64,000 nucleotides of DNA, taken from NCBI GenBank assembly GCA_963924565.1, contig OZ004610.1, positions 4,898,001-4,962,000 of the forward strand, given 5' to 3'. Source of the DNA: Ascidiella aspersa (Eukaryota). Of the stretch, positions 38,601 to 52,659 are shown in pieces. The notes under the pieces were generated by a model. It worked only from the letters and a program-made list of their open reading frames with translations, ran no database searches and had not been told where the DNA came from. A program made the translations under genes and the position numbers. Each line of letters starts with the position of its first letter. The stretch's first letter is position 1.

Positions 38601-39922
38601 CAAATGCGTCACGAGAACAAAAAGCTGAGGCATTTCACAAGCAAAAAAATTGGCGGTTGCGTAAGTCGTCTTTCGATCGCGAGAATAAAATCGATTTCCG
38701 ACGCGCGCCCCATTTACGAGAATGACTGTGCTGGGCCCAACCGCCTCGTGCCTAAGTGTTCCCGAATTGGCTCGGGGTTGTCAAAAATAGCCACGTGTGG
38801 AAGCAGCCGCTTGCTGTCCCACGAATCCCGACAATCAAGCCGACGAATGAGGTCATAGCAAGCGGGCGAGAGCGCTAACGAACAGCACAAGAACGCGTCC
38901 GGGACCAGCGAAGCGCACACACACGCGCACACGCACTGGAACGATGACTCGGAGCGTTGATTTGAAGGGCGACATCCAAGCGGTCGGTAAATGTTTAGAC
39001 AACAGCTCGCTTTGGGCATGACTCAATTGCCCTTTCGGCGATTTTTCGGCGTGAGTAAAAAAATAGCGGCTTTGGTGCGTCACCTGGATCGCGCCCTGGA
39101 ACCTTGTTATTGTCACGTCTATTGTCGGCAAGGCAGCGTCAGGCGTTCGCAGAAATGAGGGCCACATGCCAAGGCCGCACAAAGGAGTCCCGTGTTTGTT
39201 TCGGCGCGCGCAACGGTTGGCGATTTCGCTTTTTTATTTTGAGTAACTGCTGTTTTGGGACCGTTTTTTTAACCAAGCTGCGGAAAATATTTTTGATATT
39301 ATGGATCAAAGGGCACCAAAGCGTTTTTTATGAATGGTCGGATAATTATTAAGGCCTGGTGACCGCGGCTTGGACAACTGTATAAATTGACGTTCGCGGG
39401 AAAGATACTAAAAATCTGCTCGTATTTTATTAACTTGTTTACCGTAAAGCGAAGAAGACGTAAACAACTATTTAATGAAAATTAGAGGTGATCTTTAAAA
39501 ACGAGACGCCCAGTTTCAAATTTCAACAACGTTTTAGTTCGAAATGACATCCGACAATTTTTTCAACTATATTTTATCCTCATTACGGCAATAGGCGGTA
39601 AGGCCAAGGCCGCACAAAGAAGTCCAATGTTTGTTTCGGCGATTTCGCTTTTTCATTTTGATGAACTGCTGTTTTCGAGTCGCGTACCGAACACGAACGC
39701 CGTGTTTTTAAACCCAGGTGCGAAAAAACGAGGGTGGCGGTTAGAGATCGACGCTTTGAAAACAGAAAAAAAATATAGCCGGCGATGGACGAGGTGGATA
39801 GGGCGGGAAACAACACGGCACACACACAAACTGCGGCTGGTACGTGTTGTGCGTAGGCGTAGGCGCCGACACAAGCGTTCAATGCGGAAAAAACAGCCGG
39901 GGTGACGCGGGAGTCTGCCTCC

Positions 39923-39990
39923 GGCCAACTAGTCGTCCTGTGGGCGCGAATAATTGCCTTTATTCGCGCCCACAGGACGACTAGTTGGCC
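39923..39990. repeat. Perfect 31-bp inverted repeat with 6-nt loop
   Basis: GGCCAACTAGTCGTCCTGTGGGCGCGAATAA-TTGCCT-TTATTCGCGCCCACAGGACGACTAGTTGGCC. Confidence 0.95.
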
Positions 39991-41175
39991 AGCGGCAGGG
40001 CTTTAGCTGCGCCTGTGGCTTCCGCAAGCTTGATGGATAGCGACGCTCGATCCGGCTTCCCCGGGCTTTTAATCCAGTCGCAATTTTCCCAGTAATTCGG
40101 ACGGTAGCTGGAACAGCGGGCGAATTTTGCTCGATCGATCTGCGCCCCCCCTACAGCAACAAAGCACCGCAAACAAACCAGCGCCGTTAGCAGTCCCACC
40201 CGTTAGAGTTAGAGCGAAGCGCGCGACTCGAGGCCTGGAGTTTTCCATTCATAAAATGGGGGAAACGACGCGCAATGACAAGCGAGAAAACGCGCGCGCA
40301 CAGAGGGCGTCTAACGGCTCCAGGAAAAATTCCGCGCGGAAACGCGTCGCGTTATTTTTTTAGCTGTGACGCTCCTTTAATTGGTCGCAGTCTTTGACTT
40401 GAAGACGCGGAAAAGACAATTAAGCGGTGTGTAGGATCGTAAACAGGGCGCAAATAACACCCAAGCTCGACAGATTGTTGATTTGTGGCAATCGAATAGC
40501 TAAGTGTAACGGTTTTACTAAAAATAATGTTTTAAGGGGGATAAACTTTTTTTTTCGGAACCTAAATGGCGTGAAAATTGTTGACAAATGCCCAGCACGA
40601 TATTCACGGAGTGGCACTTGGCGCAAGTTTTCTGATTTCGAGAAACACATTTATCCTGTTGCCGTTGCAATTTGCGTGTACAAAAAGTACGTTGACATCC
40701 AAAACTTTTTTGAAAAATCTGTTGGTAATCAAGTGAAACGTAAGGATCAAACAAGCAGATTATCAAGGGCGGGAACGTTTTACAGCGACTGTGATTGGCC
40801 AATTCACAACAACACAAAACTACTGTTTCGTTGCGAGCGATCACATTTTCGAGGATTTGGAAATTCGATAAAGATTTGTGAAATTAAATCTAACGTCGTT
40901 TATTGTAAGTGATTTACTGCTCTTGAAAAATGGCATCGTTTTATCTCCCCGGTCGGTCTTACGTCGTACTCTACGTACAGTAAAACAAAGGCGTTCTACT
41001 GTTCTCAACAATAAAAAGCGCGAAGCAATTACACGCGAATCGCATACATATTGCCTATTGCGCCTAAATTTTGTCGCTAAAGCAGCATAAAGAGAGAGGC
41101 CGCATGTATAATAGCATCAGACAGCCACTGGCCGTCAATCTCTGGAGACACGATCATAGCGTTTGCTTGAAGACG

Positions 41176-44100
41176 TCAGCGGCTCAAAGCGTCAAAGGTC
41201 ATGTCGGTGTAGTCGCTTCCGAGATCAGCGGCGGGCGTACTCTGCTTGAGAACGATGCGCGGCGTAGACGGGGTGTTCTTTGAAGATGTAACTGTGACGA
41301 CGTAAGGGGAGTTGGCCTGCTGCTGCTGCTGGGCCTTGCTGAAGTCTATGTTGACGTATTCCCCTCCTGGGGAAAGGGGAGGCCGGGCGTCAGCTGCGGT
41401 GCTGGAGCTGTTGTTGGAGGCGGTAGGCGGCGACGCGGCCGGGATCACGATGCGCGTCGATTCGAGACTCGGTTTCTTGCTGTGCTTGAGTGAGAAACTG
41501 CGCTTTGCGATGGTGTTACTGATCGGGTGATGGTTTAGGCCGCGAAGGGTCTTGGGACGCTTTGACTTATGCTTGGGACGGTCAAGCGAGTTGGTGGAGA
41601 AGCTGCGCTCCTTACGTTGGTGCGGGTACTTGGCCGACTGCTCGCCTTCCACGGCGCCGTTTAACAGCGGGCCGACGACAGTGGCGCGTCGGCCGTTGGC
41701 GCCGTTCGAAGAAAGGTTGCTGGAGCCGCTACCGACGCCGCTGCCGCCAACCGGGCTCATGGGTAAGTAGCCGTCCTTAAAGAATGCCTCGGAGTCGGGC
41801 GGGGATGAGGAAGCGTTTACTTTTGACACGACGTGTGCGCTCAGTTCGCGCAGTTCTTGGTTAAGTGGCCGCATGCTCAGATAGTCGGTTGAGTTAGAGG
41901 GACTGGGCGTTGAGAGGCGTGACGCGCTGTCAAGGGGCGTGGCTAGCAGAGGGTTGCCGCCCAACGTCGACACCGAGCTCTGGCTGCCCGGGGACGAGTC
42001 AGGAACGTCGCAGCCTTCGTTAGCGGCTGACAACTTTAGGTGGCAGTTGTAGTGTGGCGAGGAGGGCTGGATGCGTTGTGCGTAGCGCGAGTCAAAGTGT
42101 TCGCACGCGCCCGTCTTTACCGGGAACTCATAGGCGCAGTGGCATTTTTCAGGCGAGTGACTGTAAAGCCCGTTAAGCATGGAGCCGTTTCTCGGAGCGA
42201 CCGACGCGTCCGGCACCGAACGCCGACGCTTCTCAATGTCTTGCGGCATCGACTTGAACGCCCGCATCGGCACGTAGCCAGTACAGTTGGGAGCGTTGCA
42301 AGTTGCTTTCGGGGCGACGGTCTCCGGACCGGCCGCGGGTAAAGATACTGACATGATCGTGTACTCGGAAAGATTGGCATTGGTCGATGATGACGACGAT
42401 GATGACGTCACACTGGTGGCGAAGGAGGCGAGCCGAGCCAGGATGTTGGTGGATGACGGGGGAGTCGAAGACGGTTTGCTGCGCGCGCCACTGGAGGTGT
42501 TTATTTGGTGCGGATACCTGTGGATTGCGAATCATTGCTTTATTGCCATTTATCGCTTTTGGTATCTGTAGCCTTTTAAAAGCTTGCCCGAAAGTTATTT
42601 TAATACAAAAAATTTTGGGGCATAATGGTTGGAGGTTGTAGTAAGACGTAATAAGAATATCAAAGCCCATAGAGGAGTAGGTTCCATTTTGAACGTTTCG
42701 AATAATCATCGAAAAATGAATGAAGAGTTATTCAATACGATCAAAATGATACCTACTTCTGTATGGGCTTTAATATCCTTATTTATACGAAAAACAATTT
42801 TTTTTAACGTACTGGTGATTAGTTCACACCTAGTTGTAAATTTTCAGGGTTGTCTATCATCCGCGTGAAACCGTTAACCAATTTAAGTGTTTAATAGTCG
42901 TAATCTATTTCTACGTGCAAAAAATCGTTCCCTTATCCTACCGCGATACTTAAACGTGTCTTGTGTGTTCGCGGAAAATTTCGCAGAGAATAATCAAGTG
43001 ATTACCTGTTAGAGGCGTCAAAGTCCATCAGCGCGTAATCGTCAGGCGACGGTGAAAGGCAGTCGTTGGCGAGGACTTGGGCCAGCACTCCCTTAGGCGA
43101 GGCGGTTGGAAACGAACCGCTCTCGGACGTAAAGGAGTACTGTGAGGGCGATTGGCCGTAAGATTCACTGTGCTTTACTCCACGATCGACCGAATGGCAT
43201 ATATGCTCAGGGTGGTGGAGAAAGTGCGTGTGTTGCTGCGGGGAAGCTGACAAGGACGAGGCTGCCGTGCTGTTGCAGCTCAGACTATCATCCAAGGAGT
43301 GAGTCCGGGAATGGATGGGTACATTGACGTAGTCGTTCACTGGATGACTCACGGAGGAAGCGTTTGAAGAGGAGGTTAAAGGGTTGGAAGGGGGCTGCTC
43401 ATTGGGCGGGGGTGGAGCGGCGAATACGCGCTGGTGGCAGTAGTACTGCTCCGAGTTACCTTGCTGAGGCAGGTGGATTAAACAGTTGGGGCAGACCTTG
43501 CCAGGGGGCGTGTCCTCGTGTATGGGTGGGGTCGAGCAGGATGAGTTGAACACCTCAGGCGTGCTGCACCTTCCCGACTGCTGCTGTATATGCGATTTGC
43601 CGATGCGAGGCGGCGGCGGTGCGGTGTTTTTGTGGTTGGTCACCTGCATATAGCCGTTGGTGGGGCTGTGATGGCCGTCGGGGCCGTATTCGTCGGCGGT
43701 GTCGGAACCAGCGGGCGGCGCGCCGTTTGTACACATCGTGTAGCCGGATGAGAAGTCGCTGCTTGAGTTAAGCGCAGAGTTGAGCTGTTCTGTGCTGGAA
43801 GTTTCGCTCGAACTGTGGGAGGTGCCGGTTAATGATGCGCTGTGGCCGTGTGAGATAGAGCGGTGCTGGTTTTTCTTGCCGAACAAGCGATTTCTCATTC
43901 CCGGGCTGATAGAGCCGTTGGGCGAGCGCACGCTGTAGAACTTGTTGGGACGACGCATCGTGCCTTCTCCTTCACTCCCTGTGCGTAAACGAGAGTCCTG
44001 GGCGCCGACTCCGTGCGAGCCTGGCAGGCTGTCGCAGCGCATACGCTTGCTGGTAATGGTGTGCACTTTGCCCATGCCTATTTGGCTAGGCGGCGGGTTG

Positions 44101-47100
44101 TTGTGGTGGGATCGTATGGGGCGGGTGCGTCCAGTTCCCGAGCCCGAGCTGTTGGAGCGCCCGCGGCTGATGTTGGCTTCTTCCTCTCGCAAAGCGAACA
44201 TAACGCTAAGAATGGTGGTGTGCATTTGCGCTGCCATTACTTCGTCGCCAAGGTCCATCCATAGTTTGCCGCTGCCGATCCCCGAAAGGCGCCCGGGTTC
44301 TATGAAGAACGAGTTCTCCTTGTGCCCGCAAACGCGTATCGTTGTGATGCGGATTTCTACAGGGCTTCCGCCTCGAGAGCGATCGCGACCGCCTGAGTGG
44401 TTGGCGTGTACGAAGACCATGCAGTCGTGTGTGAGACAGACCCGGTGCGGCCCGTGCAGGTTCATTAGCAGGCTGCTGTCGGCCAGATCCAGCTCCTTGT
44501 TCTCGAGCGTTACGTGCCAGACGTGCTTGTAGAGCAGCGAGCCGGGCTCTGCGGAAAAACAGAGGTTTAGTGGCTGGGTCGGAAACAAACAATGTAACTG
44601 ATTATAGTGAATATTTAGAATAATAATAAAACATAAAGGACACAATTTTTTTTTTAAAGTGTTTTGCTGTCTTTTTCAAAAAAAAGTTTCAAAATTCCGG
44701 TACGTTATATTCTAACCAGTGCAAAATTGCTTATAAATTACAAAATGTGAGCTTTTAGATAACATCGTTTTATACTATGAAACAAACTATTTCGCCTTTT
44801 ATAACTATCTTTATTAGAGGTTTCCATTTTTTCTTTTTTTAAAAGTTTTCCAATTTTCGCAAAAAAATTTTGAATTTCCGTATAATTTGAAAACATGCTT
44901 TGGGGTTCTTTGGCCTCCTGTAACTGTGCTACATGAATTACTTTTGCACACTAAATTGATATTTGTATTTGGTGAAATTCCAGGGTATTTCGAAGCCCCG
45001 CAAGAAATTCCATGGCGTCTAAAACGCTCTGCACGCCCACGTTTGGCGCCTATGGACTCAGAAGCACATTTAACAACGAGTTTGGCGATGCAGCAACTGA
45101 ATAACTGATAGTTGACCGAGTGAACTCGCGACAGTGAGCTCACGCGACCGCCGTCTGAGCTGTCAAGCAACCACGCGTTTGGAAAAAGGTCGAATCGTGA
45201 GTCGTGAGTCATACCTGCGCCCGTGGTGCCTTACCCGCTTAAGCAAACGAACGACTTTGCTTGTGCGAACTGCGAACACGTCATCGCCAGCCGCCGGAGT
45301 CAGAATCGTACCACCCAAACTTTCCCATTGGCGGTTTGGTTTATTTGTCGCACGCAAGCAGTATTTTATAAATGATAGCGGTTGGAATTTTCCCAATAAA
45401 CCCTACAGCAAAATGTTGTATATCGTTAGTCAAAGTTGCGGCGGTGCAAAGGCCTTGTTCACTTTTTCGGAAACGGGCAAATTGACACATCCTAAGCAAC
45501 TCACGCTGCCAACACCCCAACGCGTATTCAATACTCTTTTACAACCCAAATGCGCAAAAACAGATCAATAAAATTATTTGTACTTTTGTAGGACACGAAA
45601 AAACACTAATACCGTAGGGCAGCGTTATCCTCAAAAGGGTAGCGTTTGGTCAAAAGGGTATCTAAAATACAGCAGCGCAACGGCAACGCAACACTATGGC
45701 GACAACTGGTAACTTCGCCATGCAGCTTTGAACACGCTAAGCACTCTCGTCGGCACAAAAATTCCAACGGCACAACACAACGGGAGCGCTGTTGTCTTTG
45801 TTTACCGGGATTTCTTCCCTCTACCATTCCGCGCGCGCGCCGCATCGCTTCAAAAGCGCGCCCAGGGCAAAACGATAAAAAGCAGGCATTCTTGGCGAGT
45901 TACGCTCTCAATCCGCGCGTTGCGCTTCCGAGCCGCGGCGCGTAGTACAACGGCACCGAGTTTATTGTGAAACCGAAGAGCACGGGCCTGGCTTTGTGAC
46001 CGCGCCGAGCCAATAATCCACAGCATGTTGTTTTGCTCGCGACTCGAGGGTCCGCTTCCTTCCGATCCTTTGTTTTAGCGCGTACCAGCGTTTCGAGCCT
46101 CGGTAAACGAGCTTTGTCGCGCGCCAAGAGAAATAGCAGGTATGGGGTTTCACATCAAAACAGGATGAGAACGGACAAGGGAATGTTCGCATCAGCACAA
46201 GCAGTTGCGATAAACAACCGACGTTTCTTGAAGTGGGCAACGTTCGCGCGGTTTCCAGTCCGGATTCCCACAACACTTCAACGCGATTTTAATCCGTCGA
46301 GTGCTGTTTTGACCAAGACCGGTTTATTGTGACACTCCCGAACGACGTAATGCCCAATATATATGTATATCACCACACCCGGTGCGAAAAGTTTTTACTC
46401 ATTTTGTACAACCACCAAGGTTTCTTAGTGTTTGTGAGATGGCTATCGAACAAAACAAAGGTTTGTTTCGCCTGTTTAGCTTTAATTGCTTAGTATTTTC
46501 ACCCCCTAAGCCTTAAATCAGCAACTTCCTTTTTTTATTGCTTTGTAAAATGAAAAAAGTGTGTCAAATGAAATAGCAGATTGCCTGGTCTTTTTTCCAG
46601 TTGGAAACTTACTCCTAAACCCTTTGAACACCAACTGTTTCAACGTTAAAAAAACTAATCAAAAGGCAGTGAGGAATAATGCTCGAACGAAAGCGGCTAA
46701 TTGTCGCCGCACTCCAACACTTCGGCTACATTTAATTACATGCGTGGGACACGCCTTTGCCGATAAACGGGAAAAGTTGCATTACAACAGCGAAAGCGGT
46801 CGGCCGACTGATCGTCAGTTGGCCTGGCGACGTCCTGCGTGTTTTCTTTGCGCGCAAGCATCCGTCGGCCTTGCGCGCTACAAAACGGCCATTCCGAATA
46901 ACAAAACAAGAAGGTAATAATGGGTTTAGCGGGAACTGAACAGGAGTCGACGGCGGCGTAGCTTGTTTGGCGGGCTGCTGGCCACCGGAGCATTTCGTGG
47001 CGCGCTTGCCAGAAATGGCCGCCGCAGGCGAACGGGCGGATTGACGGTGCAACAAACAAATCATGACCCTGGGCGACCTCGGGAAGAATAGCGCAGCAAT

Positions 47101-50100
47101 ATATTGTAGAAGTAGGTGTTTAGCACCAGCTTGTGCGTCGAAGCTACACCTCAGTGTAGTAATGACTTAAGTCATTGACTTCACTTGAGTGCACTTAAGT
47201 CACTGTTTTTAAATGACTTCACTTGACTTAAGTCTTTTGGACAAACGTCTTAATTTGGATTTAGGCCATTTTGTCAAATACCTTAGGGTTAAATTAAGTG
47301 TTTTTCATTAAAATTTATCTTAAGTTTTGCACATGAAACACTTTTATTGCTTACGTTTGTGTTATTTTTTAGCTAAATTGTTGCTTACAATCGGACAAGT
47401 TTACCAACTTTAATAATTTAACAGTTTACTTTTATGCCAATGACAAGATTTGAAATTGACTTGCTCTAATAATGACTGGGGAAACCGATGACTTGAACTG
47501 GGACTTGTCTTGTTATTTTTGCAAAAGATTTGAGTTGAACTCGACTTATTTTTCAAATGACTTAACTGAGACTGATTCATTTCAAAAAGACTTGTTTACA
47601 ACACTGCTACAGCCTTCTGATAAATCATCACACCGGCCGGTCATGTCACTATTTGTGTTTAGCGGTTCGCAGTACGAAGCGGGAAAATCCGACAAACGGT
47701 CATCGGCGGTCGTCGGTGTCTTATCCGCGGCGCTTAACGCGAAAATAATCAAAGCAGGTCGAGATGCGATGATGGGCGACCTGGTGCCTTTTCCTGTTTA
47801 CGACAGAAATCAACCGCCTGCTCTGGGAGCAATAGAGCTTTGTGTGAGCGCGGTTACGCCTTGTCGCGCCGCTGTTCGCGCTAATTCGAGCGGACACGTG
47901 AAACAAACCGCACACAGCTATTGCAATTGTGCGTTTGTTAGTGGGTATGCGTGGGTATATGTGTGTGTGTGTGTGGTAACGATAGCAGTAGCCGCGGCGG
48001 GTTTTTTTCATGGCGGCTAAAATATAAAATCGCGAAATTCCTAACGCGCGGTCGGGCAAAACGAGCGTCCGAAAATGAAGGACCGACTTTTTGGGGGGAC
48101 ATAACGGACCGCTGATAAAATAGCAGGTTTGTGTGGGCGGGTGCGGTTTAACAACGTCCGCCGTTCGCTCTTCTTTTCGAGTAAGTTCGCCATTGGAGCG
48201 AGTGCCGGCGATTCTTCTTGTGGGTTATTGCCCTCGTAGAATCAGACGACAACGGGGCTAATCACAGGAAGCCTGGAAAAAAGTACATAGGCGTGGCTGT
48301 TGGGCATCTGAATCACCAACGCGCACCTTCGATGACTTGTCATACGAGCGGGTTATTGACATTTTAAAGGTCACGCTCTAGTGGGATAATATCATACCTA
48401 AAAGGCTGGAGAGAAACAGGAGAGTAGCAACGCACAATCGACCCACACAAGAGCGAAAACAGCTTTCAAAATTGAACTGGCTTAGGTTCACCCTACTTCT
48501 GCGCTGCGGTTTAGACGGCCGCCTTTTACTGTGTGCTGTTTACCCTGCGACAATGGGCAACAAAACATAAGGCAGCCAGCCAGCCAGCGTTATTGATCGG
48601 CGACCACAATAACCCATAGTAACCTTCCACGTTCGACACTGATGTTTGCGTTGCTATTAATTACATAGGTTCCCAGAACTCGACGGGCGGTAAACAGGTC
48701 TGACTGCGCTTCTGGTAAAAACGAAAATCCAACGAAACGACGCACTCGAAAGCGGTGTTTGTTTCACTTTTCGTTTTGGCGGCACATTTCTAGCAAAACA
48801 CCTCGCGGAGACTATCCACGCGGTATGCAAAAGCTGTAGAAACAAGCGCGTCCATTGAAAAGGGCGGAAACGCCGAATGAAGTGGCTTGCCGCGTTTTCG
48901 TCAATGTGTTTTAGACGCGTCGCCAGCAGCGGCATCAAACATTGGAAGCGGCGGCGGCGGTGCCAACGGGCAGCGCGCCAAGTGCACAAGCCATCACGTC
49001 CCGTCCTTGGTCTGTTTATACTACGGGCACGACAACACCCCTTGTTTTCGTCTGGGACTTCAGTTCTCTCAGTCGGTGGGCGGACTGAAGAGAGAGAGGG
49101 GAGCCCGAAAACAAACAGGGTGCGTCGCTGATTGGTCTCCTGCGGCACTTAAAGAAACAGAGAGGAGCAATGAGCGCGGAGGAGAAACGAGAGGAGCGCT
49201 GCGGCTCAACGAACTCTGTACCGACGAGAAAAACACATTTATATTTCGGCAAAGGTCAGACTTTGGTCTCGCTGCGACCAAAGAACGGAAAACAAGTTGG
49301 ATCTAAAGGGGGAAATCGGGATTAGTCGGCCGTCCTCGGAATTTGTTGAAGGATCAAGCGAACCGTTTTTCGATGGCGGAAATGCGACTCTAGCAATGCT
49401 GGCCGAACATAATGATGAAAATCAATTTCGATAATTTTGTAGTGTTTCTATCTTTTCGAGAATTTTCAGCAACGAACATCTAACTTTAAAATTAAAACTA
49501 TAAATAAAAAATCCGCGGATATGTCAACTCGTTTCTTGTCGCGATACAGGAGTGGCGCGGCTCAAAACAACAACAACAGCAACAGCATCAGTTCCATTGC
49601 TTGCGGGCAAAGGGGCCGCCGACGCGGCACGACCTGCCATTTTTGTTGTTGACGAGTGCGCAATAACATTCGCAGCTCGATCGGTTGCCACACGAAGGTT
49701 GAAAATCGGCCGTAGTATTAGGGTAGACGCAAGGCGATTGGCAGACAAGCCCCTTCCGTTAAGGAGAGCACTGGCCGCTTACTTTGCTTTCTCTTGCCCT
49801 TCTCGCCGCCGACTAGGCCCTCTGGGGACTTGTCGGAAAGTAGGACGCTAAAAGGAAAGGCACGGCGAAATATCGCGCCACGTCTTGGCTGTTGTAACTT
49901 TTCCACTATTCAATGGATGCAGACGGCGCTTTATAGTAGTTCACTGAAGATGTGTACATCGCAATAACAACGCGCGCAAAACCGCCCATACTTTTGCTCA
50001 AGACAAACAGCCCACGCTTATTGCCAGCCAAAACTCGAGTGTATCTACTGGCCGCTAATTGGAACAGATACACATGAAAACCTATTTTAACTGTTCAACT

Positions 50101-52659
50101 GCTTTCATCAACACGTTAGTTTTATGACCACGGCAAATTAAACCGATAACTTATATTGTTTATTTTAGTTGTGAAATGGGAAAAACATTTAAAGTTTTTC
50201 TTGTTTGTGATAACGGCGGGTTTTAAATCCAACAATAGTAACTGTCGTTTGCCGAACAACCAATTAAAAACCATATTTTCCTGTAGACGTTGTACTATTA
50301 AGGCGCTGGTAATTATCGGACAAAATTTATGAATCAAAATTCGTATTGAATTAATCACGCGACACCAACGCGCAAAGCGGCGGAATCGTTCGCGTTAGTT
50401 GAAAACGAAAAGCAATTAAGTCTGGAGTTTCTCGAAATGTGCCACGACAACTAATGACAGAAGTGGCAACAAAAAAGATGCAGCGGGCGCCGATTGAAAG
50501 CGCAAATGGGGTCGGCTATCTAATGTTCCAATTCGTCCCTTTGTGTCGTCAACGCGCACGGCTCAAAACACTGCCGACTTATTAGCATCACACGAATTAG
50601 GAAAGGACGCGAGAACAGGCGGGAAGGTAATGATCACCTTTTGAAGGCTCTAAACAAAAAAGAGGTGGGCTGGGGGGTTATCGGTCGTGCTGCTGACACG
50701 GCCGCTTTTTGTGCGCGTTTGATGTCGTCTGAACAACAAGGAGAGCGCGGAAGAGCGCTAGAGCTGGAAAGAAAACAATCGCTCTGGCGACCGTTCCATA
50801 GTAAAGGCAGTTACGTAGACGAGCTGGAATGTAGAACGCTCCGACGAGTTGTTTTTCGCACAACGGCGATCAGGAATGTTCGCGCGCGGCCTTTCGACAC
50901 GCCCAGGCAGCGAGCGAGAGGCGCGTGCACGCACACACGCACACAGCGCCGACCACAACAGCATCCTTCATAGCGGATAGCATGACAAACAAGTCGAGGA
51001 CGAACAACACCACGGCTCGTCGGCGCAATCTGTCCATTTAGCGAAACACTCCTGTTATACCAAACTGCACAAAACCAAACTCTGTGCGTTTTCTTGTCGT
51101 GGAATTGTCGAGAAACTTGCCCGGTGTTATGGAAAGTTACTTAAACTTATGAGGCGGGTGATCGATAGTGGAACTTACGCGCCGCACTTTCGTTAATAAA
51201 TGACAATGCGAGCGGGCGACACGGCCATAAGCGAAGCGCGTGATCACGAGCAAAGTCGATTGGGCCGTGCCGTCGGTTACACAATGTATAGTGACCGTGA
51301 GGAGCACATCGGTTTGATGTCACCGGAGGTGTCAAGTCCGGTTCTAACCACGCCGAAAGCCTGTCGGGTGGTTGGCGTATTGACACAGCAACCCCCAGTA
51401 CAGTCGAGGAAATAAAAAAAGCGGCGCGTTCGCACATTGCTAAGCGAGTTCGGAATTCGTGCGAACAGGAGAGTGCTGGTATGAGAACTACACGGATGGT
51501 TAAACGGCGAGTATGCCCTCGCACTCGAGCAGGCCGTGGGAATCGCCTGGCTCGCATCGCTGCACATGCATAAGGCCCACAAAGCAACATCTCACACATA
51601 TAATTACGGGTATGCTGTTTTTTTTCGGCCCACTCACAGCCGAAACATCATAAACTGCTTTTTTAAATGACCTGCACTGTGTCAATATACACTTCCTTGT
51701 TGTGCAGTTGTAATGCCGACAACACAGATGCTGCAACACAGCTCTGCTAAACTAGTTTCGAATTGAACAATCACAATCAGCGCAAAAGACAATACATGAC
51801 TCACCCCGCTAAAACATATCGAACAGGTACACCTCTTGCACAATGTGTAGGGGTTGCTAACGTTTAATTGCAGCACATAAGAAATAAATTTCTGGTATAC
51901 TTATGTTTACCAGGCTAATTGGCTCATTATTTATGATCGACCAAATTTTACCTTTAGGAAAGCAACTGGCAGTAAACACAAAACACACACACACACTTGT
52001 CAGACAAAAATAGGCATCAGTAAGCATAAATACCAAATGAGCAATACCACCTGTTAGAAAACATATGATCAAGGCAACAACTTTCTAATAATGTTGTAAT
52101 TGAACCTATTCAACAACTTGTCCATTAACAATTGAAGCAATACATCGGCCGATTATCTGCAATTGAGACTTCCCATTGGAATGGCTTGCCAGGCAAGTAC
52201 AAATTGACAAAAATCTTAACGAAACGAAAGCTCAGCTATTATAAAAACATTAGGTGACCATTTTTCAAAAAAAAAATTTAAGAAAAAATATAAAAACAAA
52301 AGATAAAGGTGCATACCAGGCTTCAAAGCCTTTTGAAGAGCATCCACCCACTGTTGTTGTATATCTGCACTTTCGGCGGCCATTGTGAAATATTCATCTG
52401 CAGTGAAAATCACTATGAGAAAGTCATGCTTGGAGTCCTTCTTTTTGTTGATGTTCCATGGCTTGTCCAAATCAATTTGGCGTTTAGGCTTGTCAGATTT
52501 GAGGCCTTTCCATTTCTTTTCACTTTCGTAATATTCCAATTTGGGCCTTGGACCTTCCCGCAGAACAAAAAATCGTTTGTTCCATGTTTTTGCCTTTCTC
52601 AACGTTCCCTTGAATATGATATCAGTTGTCATTGTAGCGTAGTCAGGTTCAGGTGCCAT
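41176..52659 (-). CDS. IRS: Insulin receptor substrate (IRS1/2-like), 3 coding exons, ~1075 aa
   Basis: Exon 52317-52659: PH domain (KGTLRKAKTWNKRFFVLREG..LEYYESEKKW..QQQWVDAL). Exon 43006-44548: IRS-type PTB (IRVCGHKENSFFIEPGR..GSGKLWM..AAQMHTTIL), HHNNPPPSQIG, SEGEGTMRRP. Exon 41176-42517: tail with YVPM, YLSM, YLPMSP, YTDM (PI3K-type) and YVNI (Grb2-type). Splice phases are compatible. Confidence 0.93.
42622..42790 (+). repeat. Dispersed hairpin-containing repeat (other copies ~58660-58810 and reversed ~31680-31785)
   Basis: Shared ATAATGGTTGGAGGTTGTAGT..AAGAATATCAAAGCCCATA..GTAGGT..GAACGTTTCGAA with an internal ~45-bp inverted repeat. Confidence 0.75.
47152..47606. mobile_element. GACTT-rich hAT-type MITE in IRS intron 1
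   Basis: TIR CAGTGTAGTAA/TTACAACACTG; TSD-like CTACACCT/CTACAGCC; homologous to 24826-25057. Confidence 0.7.

Noticed and set aside
38550-41090. ORFs downstream of IRS as a separate gene
   Set aside because: No recognisable protein features or coherent splice structure.
41312-44532. Plus-strand ORFs overlapping IRS exons
   Set aside because: Antisense shadows of GC-rich coding sequence.
44814-51876. Numerous 60-180 aa ORFs in IRS intron 1
   Set aside because: They overlap on both strands, are R/A/C-rich, and show no domain motifs or exon logic; expected by chance in GC-rich non-coding DNA.
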